The notes under the pieces were generated by a model. It saw nothing but the letters and a program-made list of their open reading frames with translations, made no database searches and was not told the origin of the DNA. Position numbers and translations under genes: made by a program. This document shows, piece by piece, positions 1 to 12,581 of a DNA stretch of 64,000 nt (positions within the stretch are counted from its first letter, which is position 1; every line of letters begins with the position of its first letter). The stretch lies in NCBI RefSeq assembly GCF_052425735.1, contig NC_135764.1:6820001-6884000 (forward strand), in the 5' to 3' direction. Origin of the DNA: Oculina patagonica. Its lineage: Eukaryota.

Positions 1-134
1 ACGAAACTTCACTCTTTCATTTTGTTAGTTTGCCGCATTCTCCGATTTCTCAAACCAATTTTCGTTTCACTTTGAGTTTCGAGAAATCGTTATTCCACTG
101 TAGTTGTTCAAATGGTAAATAACGCTTTCCATTG

Positions 135-387
135 CAGGGCCGTAACCAGACCTTTGCCATAGACGAGGCAAGATCTTGCTAGGGGGCTCAGGGGCCATGC
201 CCCCGAGAAAATTTTGAAATCTAGAAGCTCTTTCAGATACACTTTTCATTACGTTTTTCTTTAGAAAAATCAATCTTGTTCAACAGGGGATTATTTTCCC
301 AACAAAACATATTTGTTTTTAATTTTGGGTTAAAATCTAGATTAGGCAAGTACCTCATCTTGCTTAGCTCTTGCTATTAAGGCTCTG
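135..387 (+). mobile_element. hAT-like MITE (CAGGGCCGTAACCAG terminus)
   Basis: A second, inverted copy lies at 57796-58057. Confidence 0.7.
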
Positions 388-1152
388 CATTTAATAAAAA
401 ATCTATAAATGAAAAGCGTAGTACAAAAGTTCTGAAAGACGTCCCCCTTCTCTGATGTGTGACATGCAAAAAACAAAACCCACTTGCAATGTACTTAAGT
501 AATACTATTTGTTCATAAAACTTTTTTTTTTTTATTGAAGATTTAAAACTATAATAAATTATTTGAAGGAACGTTTTGTATGTTACAGACGTTATTTACC
601 TGCAAACACAAGTTACCCAGTCCGTCGACAGCCCTATACCCTCTATCGCGAGAGAACTGGACGCCACCGTAATACGGGAGGCACGGCATTCTCGTCCTCA
701 TTGCCCTTTTCGATTCTGTTAGCTGGCGGGGCCTTGACACGAGAAAAGAAGGTCTCTGGGGGCACAGGATTTTTAAATCAATTTGAATTTTTTGATTGGC
801 TGTTTGGAACAAAGGAAACTTGAACGGAAGTCAAAACACCACGACTCTCTCACACAGTATATAGAAACATCACGACTGGATACATTGAGACCGGAACTCC
901 TAGAATATAGGACTGCTAATCCTGTGCTTCAGTCTAGAGCCCTTTGTTCCTCGTGCCAAGGCCCCTTCAGCTAAGAGAAGCAAAAAAGGCTATGGGGACG
1001 AGAATCAAAGCACAAGAGAGGGTGGAGGCGTTGAAAAAAAAAAAGGTTGACTGCAAACTATACTGTTAACATTCTACAAGTTACATAGTACACTGTTTTT
1101 TTTAGCTTATTGTGCAACTCAATAAACGCAAAACACAACACAGTGGAAACCC

Positions 1153-1325
1153 GATGTGTGGTTCCAGAAAATGTCCATACTCCCACCACAGAGGGGATAG
1201 AAAATTCCTGTGTATGAAGCTTAGGACCCCTTGTTTTAATTGGAATTTCCAGAAGGGTGAGGGAGTGGTCTTAGGAAAAGTCCCTTCCGTGGGGGAGGTA
1301 TGAATAATTTATGGAACTACACAAT
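1153..1325. mobile_element. MITE (TGTGTGGTTCCAGAAAAT...TTATGGAACTACACA); second copy ~7037-7217
   Basis: Inverted termini and two related copies in the window. Confidence 0.7.
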
Positions 1326-2988
1326 GTAACAAAGTGCCTCTTCAAACCTCCAAGGGAAACGAAAATAATTAGTTTGAGAAATTGGGGAAAAATTGCAGTG
1401 TGTGATTGAGTGAAGAAAGTCCAAGGAAAAATAATTACTTTTGGTTTGAGTTGTCGGGAGGTTTGAGAAATCGCGATTCCACTGCATTTCCAAATTCTAT
1501 CCCTGAAATCGTTCAATTGTCCCTTACTTAAGCCATTCTTTACGTTTTTATACCTTATAAGTATTATTATTTTTAATTTTTTTCGAGTCTTTTTGCACAC
1601 CACAAAAATCAAGTAAGGCGGGGTTTTACCTGAAGGCCGTTTTCCAGTGCCTAATATGGGTTTAATGGAAATATCTCGTTCACGTTTCAAGGAATTTCGA
1701 AAACGCTTCACGCATCCCATATATCTATGTTTTGTGGTACTTAGTAAATTTTTGAGGGATTTTGGGGGATTTTTTCTGAGGAGATAGTTTTTCTTAAAGG
1801 GTAAGTAAAATTTAGAGAAATAAGAAATATTGGATTTTAAAATTAGAATATGAAGTTAAAAATTGATAGACGGACACCAGACAGTCCCCCTGACAACCAG
1901 GAGAGCTCTTGCGTGGGGGGTGAACTGTCTGGTGGTGTTTAAATTTTTTTTTTCAATCCCTTCTTTAAACCTCTTTAAACTTCATTCAAATTCAGATAGA
2001 ACCCCACCTTAATGATATGCTCCTTTAAAAAGAAAAAGAATGAAGACCAAATTTATTAATGATGACAACCTGAAATTTCTATAAAATGTCTACTCGCTTG
2101 AATTATTTATAAATGTTTAAAACTGAATTATTTATAAATGGAATTTAAAATTCATGTATGCATACACAATCATTCCCCCTTTCAAGAAGGGATGCTTGAA
2201 AAACTAAGATTCCAAAAGCATCTAACAAGCAGTTCAATTTGAAACAATCAAAATCTCGAAGTCAGCTGTAACAGCCTGCCGCTCCACTGACAGTATGTAA
2301 AACTGTGAACAGTCCCTGTTTTTCAATGCAGGACTGCAGAATCAATAAATTTCATTAAATCACTGTACATTGTATTTTTTTTTCAAATACCAAAGCTGTG
2401 CATTTTAGAAGAAAGGGTGGTAGCACAAGCAGTCACTGAAGAAAAGTCAATTTTTTAGAAAGCCACCCTTACATCACTGGCAAAATTAAAACAGATACAT
2501 GTTAGCTGGGTATTTTCTTTAGCTACTACATGTAGTGTAGATTAATCCAGGATCAAAAGTTACAATGTAACCAAGGTTAATTTTATCCAAAAAAAAGATG
2601 TTGAATAACATTGATAAATTTGTTGTAAGGTATTAAAAAAACTGAATTTGAAGTTTCATTTAATCCTTGATAGGTTTAATCGTGTTTTAAACGTAGAGTC
2701 CCAGGATTTGAAATGTGGTTTATATCCTGGATTTTCCACAATTTTTTCCAAAGAAAGATCGTCTGCAGAACACCAAAACACAATCTTGGTTGAAACACTG
2801 GTGTAAAAACAAGCCCTGTATAGTTAGCAATTCTGGCAATGGGACAGAATTATTAACACAATTTTTTCGATCAAAGAGCAAAAAACATAGGACTGTTCAC
2901 AGCTCTTGTGATAATTACATGTAGATCTCAATGCTGAAGCCTGCCTGACTCCGGCAAATGCCATATAACCTGAAAAACCAGTCCATGG

Positions 2989-5900
2989 TCATAGAAATGC
3001 ACTAGGATTAGCTCTTGGGTCTTTCAGGTGTCGGTATCGAAAGGCCAAGTAAATTCCCACAAACTGAAAAGGAAAAGAGAAAAATAAGCAACATTATTAT
3101 TTGTACATCAACACTGGGAGATTACTCAGATCTGAAACTTGGGCCTGCTGGTTGTTTATAGGCTAGATAAACATAGAGCTATCCACTGGACACAATATTT
3201 TGACAATATAGTGGAAAACACAGTTTGTTATGCTAATATTTTATCAAGAACATGTAGATAGTGGGACTGGAGATATCTGACCTCAAGCAGATTTGGCCTG
3301 ATTTTTCTGAACAAGCTGTTGGTAGGTCCATCGCTCGGTTAGTTGGTTGATCAGTTGGTCGGTTGGTCTGCCCGTCAGTCAGTCAGACAGTCAGTCAGTC
3401 CATCAGTCAGTTGGTCAGTCGGTCCGTCAGTCAGAGTCAGTTAGTCAGTTCAGTTAATTGGTCAGTCAGTAACAGACAGTCAGTTGGCGGTAAGTTGACC
3501 GTGTGGTTGATCAGTTCTGTCAGTCCTGCAGGTGGTCAGTCAGTTGGTTCAGTCATTTGGTTGGTTAGTCAGTAAGATCATCTGTTTACAAAATGAAAAT
3601 TGACCAAGAGTCACCTAACTTGGTATATTTCCGCTAAAATTTAGGGGCATAAACATTTCCAATCACACAACAAGGAATTTTACAACCACTAGTCTAAACA
3701 AGACTCACCATTGTTAAACTGAAGAAGAGACCAATACCTCCCACTGCATTCTTTAGAGTGTCCAGACCATTTTCCATTAAATAGTTGTAGCAAGTGGAAC
3801 AATCATGGCAGGTATAAGCTTTGACTTTGCAACACTCAAGCTGGAAAGATTGAAACAAATAAAGTGTGTGTTACAGCACAATAATACCGTAATGATTCGA
3901 TATAGCGCCCTCCTTCCGATAAGCATCCCCTTCCGAATAAGTGCCCTCCTTCAAATTTGTTTTTGTCAATAAACGCCCCTATTCCAAAAGCACCCTCCAA
4001 ATTTGTGTAAGTACCCCATTCTTATAAGCATCCCTATTCTAATAAGCGCCCCTATTGTGGATAACTGCTCCTACCGCCCCGGCATCAACGTTGAACTCAT
4101 GAACCTTCACCGTACCGCACATGTTTTAGCAGGTGGGGGTGTTTGTTTTTTTTTTTTTTTTTTTCTCCTATACATGTATATATTTACTGCTAAAATGAAC
4201 TATTCTTTTAAAAGTAACTGAACTTTCAACAATTTGTTACTGTTACAGTTTCTGTTATTGCTAGTTATTTGAATATTTATTTAAGTTTTGTTACATTTGG
4301 TTGTTTCTCAAAAAAATTAAATAAGCGCCCTGTCTCAAATAAGCACCCTCCCTTGAGGGGCCAAAAGTAAATAAGCGCCCCAGGCGCTAAATAGGCCATT
4401 TCAGAGTAACCCTTTGCCTCTGTTTCAAAACGAGTCTAGTGCAAAACCATTCATATGAAAATGAATTTTACCTTCAGGTCCATTTTCATGCAAATCAAAC
4501 TCATTAAATTTTTCATTTGAATGGTTTCGCACGTAGACTCGTTTTGAAACAGAGGAATGGGTTACTCGAAAATGGCCTAGCGAATTATTGCGGTAAGTCA
4601 TCTGATTGATGAAAGTTAGCTTGAGATCATGGCATCATCATCATCATCATTATCATCATCATTGTTAATCATAAAAATACCTTTTCACATGAGGGGTGAT
4701 CACTGGTGGAGTTCATGTTTTCAAAGCCACAGCAGTTTCCAAGCCTTTGTACGTCTTGTTTTGTTGTGTTACCAATTGACCCCCAGGCCTTCTTTAATAG
4801 CGCATGCTGTTGGCTTGACGTTATTGAAAGTGCCGCCACAGACACAGAAAAGAGGATAATAAATATGATAACCATAACTGCCATAAACTGATGGTAGTTA
4901 AGGATAAACACTCATTAGTATAAAAAATATTATTACAGATCAAGTGCATGTGGTTTATGATTTTGGTTGAACATTTTCATACCAATTTAAATGTTATTTT
5001 CCTTTGTTTGAGACAGTCACAATGTTGCAAAACAAAGGGAAAAGATTTAAAAATTTTAAAATTTTTTTAAAATTGAAATATTGTAAAATTTTTTGGTAAA
5101 AAATTTTTGAGCCCCGAAAAATATTTTTCGGCGGAGAGAAACGACAGGCGGAAATACGTCTGCGTTCGCAGGCTATCGTTGCAGCTGTTGGCATCCAGCA
5201 AAAGAAAAATTTTATTTCCTCTTTCTTGGAAGAGGCAGGGCTTTTCCAAGGGAAATAATTTGGCCTGAGCTGGATGCCAAAATTGCTACACTGTATGAGT
5301 GAAAACTTTCTCTATTGCAGCTTCAAATTAGTGGCCAAATGGCCAAAAATAGCATAGGACAAGTAGTAGTTTTGAAACAGTAGAATGAAACCAAGGGTGC
5401 ATGATTTGGACTAACTTTTTAACCCTTGTCTTGCAGACATTTGCAGGGTTGGAAACTAAAATTTCGGAGCACTCGCCATCTGGGCCAGTGACCTTCAAAT
5501 TGCACTCGCCCGGATCAATTTTCACTCGCCCAGTCTCCTCCATTAAAGAAAGGAAAATTTAGCCCCCCTCGCCCCACAAATAATAACATATACAACATCA
5601 ATTTTATATCACGTTCGATACTCGTTGTGCCACTGTGGTGATCGATGGCGATACAGACTGCAATATATTTCTTCAATGAAAAATCGCCAAAAATAGAGCT
5701 ACTCCACAATAAAACCATGAGCACACTTACTTCAAAAGTTGAAACACAGTTATTAATTTGATACCTCTTCCCAAATGCCTGTAGTTTGCAAGCAAAGTGT
5801 TGAAATTGTACAGAAAAAGAGGCGGGAAAATTCGGTAAATAGCCATCTTGCCGTGTTTCACGGCTCGGTGGGTGAGTTAGTGTATTTATCACTAGAGGTA

Positions 5901-8134
5901 TTACTTAGCACAAGTACATCCATCATAACAATCACCTAACAAAAGCAATTTTTTGTCTGTTTACGAACTCGAACGCAGCTTTTGTTGGAGATTTCAAAAT
6001 GTTGGTTAACTATTGGCTTGTGGACAATGAAGATTATGTTGAAGTGAAAGTAAAAGTTACGCTTATTTTGAATAAAATGTATATTCTGGATATAAAAATC
6101 GTACTCGCCAAGCCGGGCGAGTGATCCGTGATTTGTACTCGCCCGACAGTTTTCACACTTGCCTGGGCGAGTGTGCGAGTGCTAATTTCCCACCCTGCAT
6201 TTGTTCTTGATGCATTATACTATCCATTTATAGCCACAGCAATGATAACTTTCTATGGATGTTCACTGTAATGTGATCCAACAAGCCTACTTGTTTGGCA
6301 CAAGAATTCAGAATACAAACTTATGATACAGCACGCAAAGAAGTGCATGTCCGATATCCCAGGGCTAGTGAACTTTGTGTTTGGGCTAATGGATTTTATC
6401 ATTCACTTGCCTGTGGGTCAGTTTAGGGAAAATTTTTGAGGAAATTTTGCTTATAAGGATTTTTTTGGGCTAGTGAAAATTGACCAGCTTGCCAAAAGGG
6501 GAGGTTGGAAAATTGGATTTCTTTGCACCCTGCGATGATTAAAATAAATGTAAGGATACAAAAAACAGAATAATCTGGTGATGCTTTACTGCTCCATAAA
6601 TTCCAACCATTGCAATCAACATAATAAACACTCCACATGCTATTGTTCCACCTACTATCGGCCAGCTTGTGAAGAGATCAGTTATTTTTGAATACACTGG
6701 TGATAAGATCAGAACAAAGCCTACAATCTGCAAAAAAAATAAATAAAACAATCCATAATAAAACAACCAATATCAATTTTTGTTGTCCTTGCACTATACA
6801 TTTTTGTACAAGTATGCACTTATCTATAGCTTGTAGGTATGTTTCAAAAACACATCCAAGCTTATAATTTTAACATTTGAGACATTCTGAGCATACACGT
6901 TATTATGTGCTTGATTTACACACATGTTTAAACTAGTAGATGCTAAGCTATCAGATTACATGTTGCTTCCTCTGCGTCAGTGCCGTGCCAGGAAACAAAG
7001 CTAACTGCATCAACACCATAAACAACATTAAAATACATTGTGTGGTTCCAGAAAATGTCCATACTCCCCCCACAGAAGGGATCAGAAATTCCTGGGGGTG
7101 GGAGGGGTCTCAAAGGCCAAAAACTTTAAGGAAGGAAATGTACATGTGGGGGAAAGGGGTCTTCGTAAAAATCCCTTCCGTGAGGAAGTAGAGATAATAT
7201 AGTTATGAAACTACACATTTTACATTGTGACATCTGCTCTACAGCAACAAGAATGCCTGTTTAATTTGCATAAAGTATGTGTAGTTATAAAAATGTCTCA
7301 GGCACCAGGCAAGTTTGACTGCTTCTGGCCGCTTTCTCTCTCAAGATGATTCTTTGTTAATTTTTTGTATGATGTAAAGGGAATTCAGGACCATTCCAAT
7401 TTGCTTTCAACCCCTCTTACCCTTCCTTAGAAGATGCATAAAAAAAGAGGTAACTGTTTTCTTGACCCGTAGAAAATATTCACGGATTCTGATAGTCAGG
7501 AGTGTGCTTTCCTCAATAATTAACTAGCATTTCCCTTATCGTGATCGACTGGGGATAAAGCAGCCACAGAAACTGCTTTGAGAAGACTGAAACCCATCTC
7601 CCAGGAAACATCTCTACAGGGGGTGGGTTAATGGAATGGCCAACAATGGATCAATGCAATTGTTTGACTGCATGAAGTCAGTGTTTAGTATACAATAAAA
7701 TTAAATTCCAATCTTTGTCATTGATTAAACGATGGAAGCTGGCTTAAACGAAACGCACAAATGTTGCTTTTTCTAATAAAATGTCAAAATTATGTTCAAA
7801 ACAACTTCGCTATTAATCTGTGCATGTAGCTAAAATCGTAGCTTAAAATCTAGAATTCATTGAAACTGCAGGCTTGTGCGCGATCTTTAACACCCCAGGT
7901 TCAACAGGCATAAATCACAAGATGGGAAGAGTCGTGGTCATTTTCTGGCTGTCTGCTAAAAAGTCTTCATAAGTTGAAAATTAAGCTTGTAGCGACATGC
8001 AACTAAAGTCGTACATAAGCTTACGTATCGTCGTATAGAACTTACAGCAAATCCGTTCGACTTACCATGTATATTATGTTAAAGAATATCAGCCCCAGCC
8101 TATAGCAGCTGAACGCCATCGAAGAACTCCCCAT
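2989..8134 (-). CDS. TSPAN13: Tetraspanin-13/31 family protein, 216 aa, 5 coding exons
   Basis: Exons (minus) 8066-8134, 6560-6727, 4681-4887, 3709-3840, 2989-3063, all GT-AG and phase 0. Four hydrophobic segments, [12 protein letters not shown], the CCG motif in the large loop, and the C-terminus [16 protein letters not shown] typical of TSPAN13/TSPAN31. Cannot distinguish 13 from 31. Confidence 0.93.
3335..3575. repeat. Degenerate (GTCA/GTTG)n tetranucleotide repeat
   Basis: Visible 4-nt periodicity in tetraspanin intron 4. Confidence 0.85.
3884..4596. mobile_element. TA-CCGTA MITE with ATAAGCGCCC subrepeats, interrupted by a second MITE (~4391-4579)
   Basis: Outer ends TACCGTAATGATTCG / CGAATTATTGCGGTA; inner ends TAGGCCATTT / AAATGGCCTA. 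Confidence 0.7.
5444..6197. mobile_element. Non-autonomous hAT-like element, 6-bp TSD
   Basis: CAGGGTTGGAAACTA / TAATTTCCCACCCTG termini, ACTCGCCC subterminal repeats, CATTTG on both flanks. Confidence 0.75.
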
Positions 8135-8199
8135 GTCTCGTTAAAACACGTTTGCAAAATTCCCGGAAGCTTTCTCTCTCGATTCAAGAATGAACTCAC

Positions 8200-8320
8200 A
8201 TGATAAAATAATCCAAAATGGCGGTCCTCTCTAGGGGATGACGTCATTTCTCACTAACCAATCATTGTTCGTTTTAGAAAGCAGCGATTCGCGCGGTATT
8301 TTCAAGATGGTTTGAGTTTC
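8200..8320. promoter_or_regulatory. Shared promoter region between tetraspanin and SPOP
   Basis: CpG-containing segment with AAAATGGCGG (YY1-type, ~8215), TGACGTCA (8239-8246) and CCAATCA (8258). It lies ~70-180 bp upstream of the tetraspanin ATG. A plus-strand donor CAG|GTAGGA occurs at 8449. Confidence 0.55.
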
Positions 8321-9234
8321 TGCACATTTCTTCTAATCTTGGATATGACATTTCGCCCACGCATTCGCTTTCTTGTGTAGAGTCACGACTAATTTTTACA
8401 AGAAAATACAAAGAATTTCAGCGCTTGTAGTAAGCTCTAACGGAGCAGGTAGGATCGGAAGTAGGAGACGTATTCAGGCAGGATAAACAATGTCCGAATC
8501 ATTCTTTTTTAAAATCTTGTTTTACCTTGAAAAGCTTGATTCGGGTCGGATTTTTTTATTTTTTTTGAAGAGTCTGTGACTTTTTGCCCGTTTTTGTCCC
8601 GGGAGGGTACTCGAGATTTTAAGTGACGGGGATGTTCGAAAGGGGGAAAAATCAAGACCCAAAAAATATCCCTTGGGCTTTCAACATAACCCCAAAAAAA
8701 TCCCTAGATCCAAAATTGGTCTCTCAAAAGTCAACAGCAAAACATGTTTGTTTGTATTTTAATCGCAGAACTACGCAGCCAAGGCACTTACTACCACTGA
8801 AGCTTCAGACAGACAAAAAATCAAAAAAATCGCCTGAATCAATTTTCAAACCCCCCAAAAATCCTTCGATCATCCCCGGCCGTCACTTGTTTTAAAATCC
8901 CGAGTACCCCCCCCCCCCCCCCTCCACCTTGGGATTTTTGTACATGCATTTTTAGACTTTCGCACCTTGCACAAATACAAAACATACCCACCCCTCCCCG
9001 AGAATTATTTGATTGTGTATCGGCCCATTCTCCTTCGCTCTCATAGTCCAGGGTTTTTTATGCTTGTGTTTACTTGCCTTACATTTATTTTGATGATCGT
9101 TCTGGACTAGGCATTTAGTGATACATGAAATTTTGGAAAAATAAAATGTTATTGTCCGTTCTTTGTGACAATTTTGTTATTGTCAAAATTTTCCAATAAA
9201 CATGGCTGGTAGAAAATGTAAACATTGCAGTACA

Positions 9235-9450
9235 ACCATCCAATCAGAGCTCGTGTTAGAATGCAGCCGAGATTCCGTGCGCACAAACAATGGCGCCGTG
9301 CGCAGCATTCCCGGATACAACAAGAGAAGACTTGAAACGAGTCACCAAAGTGGTCACTCAAAGAGAGTGAATTGTGTTCTGTTTTTGGCCTCACGGTAAC
9401 AAAATATACAAGTTAAGAGTTGTTCCTTTGGCGGCTAGAGGAAGGTAAGT
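9235..9450 (+). promoter_or_regulatory. Probable SPOP promoter and first (5' UTR) exon
   Basis: CCAATCAG at 9240, ACAATGGCG at 9287 and a consensus donor AAG|GTAAGT at 9445. The surrounding region is CpG-rich. Confidence 0.5.
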
Positions 9451-10647
9451 CGTACTAGAATTTTAAACTTACTGGCTTGCTTGGGAGCGTTCGGAAGAGG
9501 CCGTTGAACATCCGTTAGCGTTCGGTCATGATAAGTTCCGGTAGGCTGCGGGCCCCCTCAACACATGAAGCAAAATATTTTTTTGTCCATTCATACCTTC
9601 GTTTAGCAGGTTCAAATTTTGTGGAATACGTGGCTGTTCGGTTGCTCTCTAAATGAGCTTATCTGTAAGCAATTTTCTATTCATTTTTGCTGTATTTTTC
9701 TCGCTAAATTGCGTGTGCTGTTGTATGCGCTCGCCGAATTATTCAAGTTTCCTGCATGCAAGTTTAGTGGATGCAAATTAATAAAGTCATCTGAGGCACT
9801 CTGTTGTTCCTCGGAACCTCTATTCGCCTGAAAGTGCCCGCTTAAAGCGCACACTTTTCCGCCCACACAGATTCCAAAATACCGAGAAAAAGTCACCGTT
9901 TCAAGCTCCTGACAGCGTTTCTTGTCCTAAATAATAATAAGCTAGACCGTTTTTGAATAAAAATTAATTATGTGCGTTTCAAGGTCGATTCAAGTTCTGC
10001 GCCTATTTAGCGATTCGAGGGTGTTTTTACAGAATATGTTCAAACAAAGAGAGCTACAGATATTCTCGGGAAATCTTGAAGTTTCACTACTGTAAGGGTG
10101 CGATCTACATCGTCGCGGTTAATGTAATAAAAGGTTTATGTTTGTCACATGAGAAAGGTCATACACGAATTCTGCGAGTCATATGCTATGGACAGGTACG
10201 AAATTTTACTTGCTACATGTAGGTAACAATTTAATCTTTTAAAACCTATTTAGCCCGGACGTGATTCGAAACGACGACATCTTAATAGGAAAAGATGGTG
10301 ATACCCGAAACAGCGTTGCAATTTGTTTTATTCAATGATTCTTATTATGTTAGTTAATTTGCATCACCACAAGCATTTGATTTATCATTTCTCAGCAAGC
10401 ATAGTGTAATTGTTAAAATGCCATGTAAATAAAAGTGTTATGAGGTGAAAGATTTTTGCAGTATCTCAAATGTCCTACAGACTCAGTTGCTAAAAGTATT
10501 GTATTGTATTGTATTGTATTGCTCAAAGCACAGATAATTAGCCAGGAATTACCCTATCCAGTGGATTTTTCTCAACACTTGTCCACTGGAGTGATTTACT
10601 GCTGTATCTCGCTTGGGGTTGTTCAAAGGGTGGATAACACTATGCAC

Positions 10648-11503
10648 CAGGCTCCGGTTGTTCAAAGAGCGGATAAGTCCTATCCAGCGGATAAGTCGCT
10701 ATCCAGCGGATAAAATTTATCCGATTGCGTCAGCTCGGTTGTTCGAAGCATGGATAGTGCTATCCAGCCGCTATCCACCGGATAAATTTATCCATGGCAA
10801 GGTAGGTAGTATAACTTTTTATCCACTAGATAAATTTAAGAAAAACAAACATGGCGGTCCGCCGTGTTTATCTTGTTCGAAGTAATTTTACAAATTCTTC
10901 AAGGAGGGCGAAAACTTTTCGACGGGAATTCGATCCGTTGCAGACATACACGGATTGTGAACTGAGAGCAAGATACCGTTTTGGTCGTGAAGCTATAAAT
11001 TATATCGTTGACCTTGTGAGAGATGAAATAGCACCTGATACTAATCGAAACCGTGCTGTGTCAGCTGAGATGCAAGTGCTAATAATGCTGAGGTTCTTGG
11101 CGTCGGGTTCTTTCCTTCAAGTGATCAGCAACACATTTCACAGCTTCGATAAATCAATTGTAAGCCGAGTAGTTCGTTCTTAATAACGTCGAGGTGCTGC
11201 TCCGCCACCTCAAGCAATAACGTACACTCCGCGGCCGTAAAATTCGGTTTTCTTGGCCGTTTTGTGGGAGAGGGATCGATGTTTTCAGCGTTTTCAGCCA
11301 TTTTGTTGGTTTTTCCCGCAAACAACGCGCGAGCAGGTCACGCAAGCCTAGAATCACCATAGCAACCGGTTGGATAGCGATTTATCTGATGGATAGTTAT
11401 CGGCAGCGCTATCCAGGGTTTGTGCAACAACTTTTTATCCGCTGGATAGCCGTTCTATCTGCTGGATAGGCTTATCGTGGGCTCTTTGAACAACCAGGCC
11501 CTG
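10648..11503. mobile_element. Internally deleted PIF/Harbinger transposon with 5' fragments of both genes
   Basis: Inverted termini CAGGCTCCGGTTGTTCAAAGAGC / GCTCTTTGAACAACCAGGCCCTG. Plus-strand HARBI1-like N-terminus 10851-11183 (RYRFGRE, LRFLASGSF, KSIVSRVV). Minus-strand Myb/SANT-like start ending near 11299 (KRPRKPNFTAAECTLLLE). Confidence 0.85.
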
Positions 11504-11848
11504 ATAAATCGCTATCCAGTGGATAGTGCTGTATGTTTTGTCAATACTTATCCACTGGATAGCGATTTATCCAGTGGATAGTGTTATTCTCCCTTTGAAC
11601 AACCGTAGCCAGATAAATTGCTGTCCATTGGATAAGCGATGACAAAACATACTACTCTATCCACTGGATAGTTATTTATATAGTTAAAAGAATTATCCAT
11701 CCTTTGAACAACCAGCCAGGACCAGATAACGCTTTCCATAAATCACTATCCGGTCGATAACGTAGCATGTTTTGTTAAGACTTATCCACTGGATAGCGAT
11801 TTATCCGGTGGATAGCGTTATCCACCCTTAGAACAACTGGACCCTGGT
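11503..11848. mobile_element. Cluster of GGATA/TATCC-rich Harbinger-type MITE copies
   Basis: Repeated TATCCACTGGATAGCGATTTATCC units with TTTGAACAAC ends. The left part of the host copy starts at ~10613. Confidence 0.75.
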
Positions 11849-11862
11849 GGTTAACCATGATT

Positions 11863-12181
11863 CAGGGCTGCAAATAATTTTTCTCACTTGAAAGGACATA
11901 TGTCCTAATAAGACACCATTTTGGTCGGACAAGACAAAATTGTGGTCAGACATCACCAAAAACAAAAAGTTAAATTTTATTTCCTTATATTACCCAGCTA
12001 TCACTTTCCTAGCAATCTGTTTGCACTTCTGTTAGCAGTTACTTATTATTATTCGTATTGTTGCCATAAAATGATTTATGGTCAAAAAATTAGCCAGATA
12101 TCATGTCTGACCACACTTGGAATTTCGTCGGACATGAGCAAGTTTTGGTCTGCCAATGACCGACTGTTATTTGCAGCCCTG
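11863..12181. mobile_element. hAT-like MITE, 6-bp TSD
   Basis: TIR CAGGGCTGCAAATAA / TTATTTGCAGCCCTG; ATGATT on both flanks. Confidence 0.8.
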
Positions 12182-12581
12182 ATGATTATGTTGCAGTTAA
12201 TTTTTTTTTCTTCAGGTAAATTTTATTCTTTCTTAGCCATAGTAGGTATGGTTACATGTATGTATGATAACGAGTTTAAAACAAAGGAAGAATAAAATTT
12301 ACCTGAAGAAAAAAAAATTTACTGCAACAATTATTAATATTCTCTCCTGCTTTCAACCCTCCTTTATAAGTTTTTCTGTCATGTTGGCATGTTCTTCAGT
12401 CATTCTTATAAAAAAAGGTTCTCTTACATTTTGTATGCATAAACCAAGAGCACATAATGTAACACCAAGTCTGGGAAACTTAATAATTAAAGAGTTGATG
12501 ATGTGGTAAATAATAACCATTTCATTACATTTTTACAGATATTTCACCCTGGCGGCAGTATCTTGTTGCGAGTCATCTAAG

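Noticed and set aside
1271-1720. 149-aa minus-strand ORF
   Set aside because: Spans repeat fragments, has no domain signal, and lies downstream of the tetraspanin stop.
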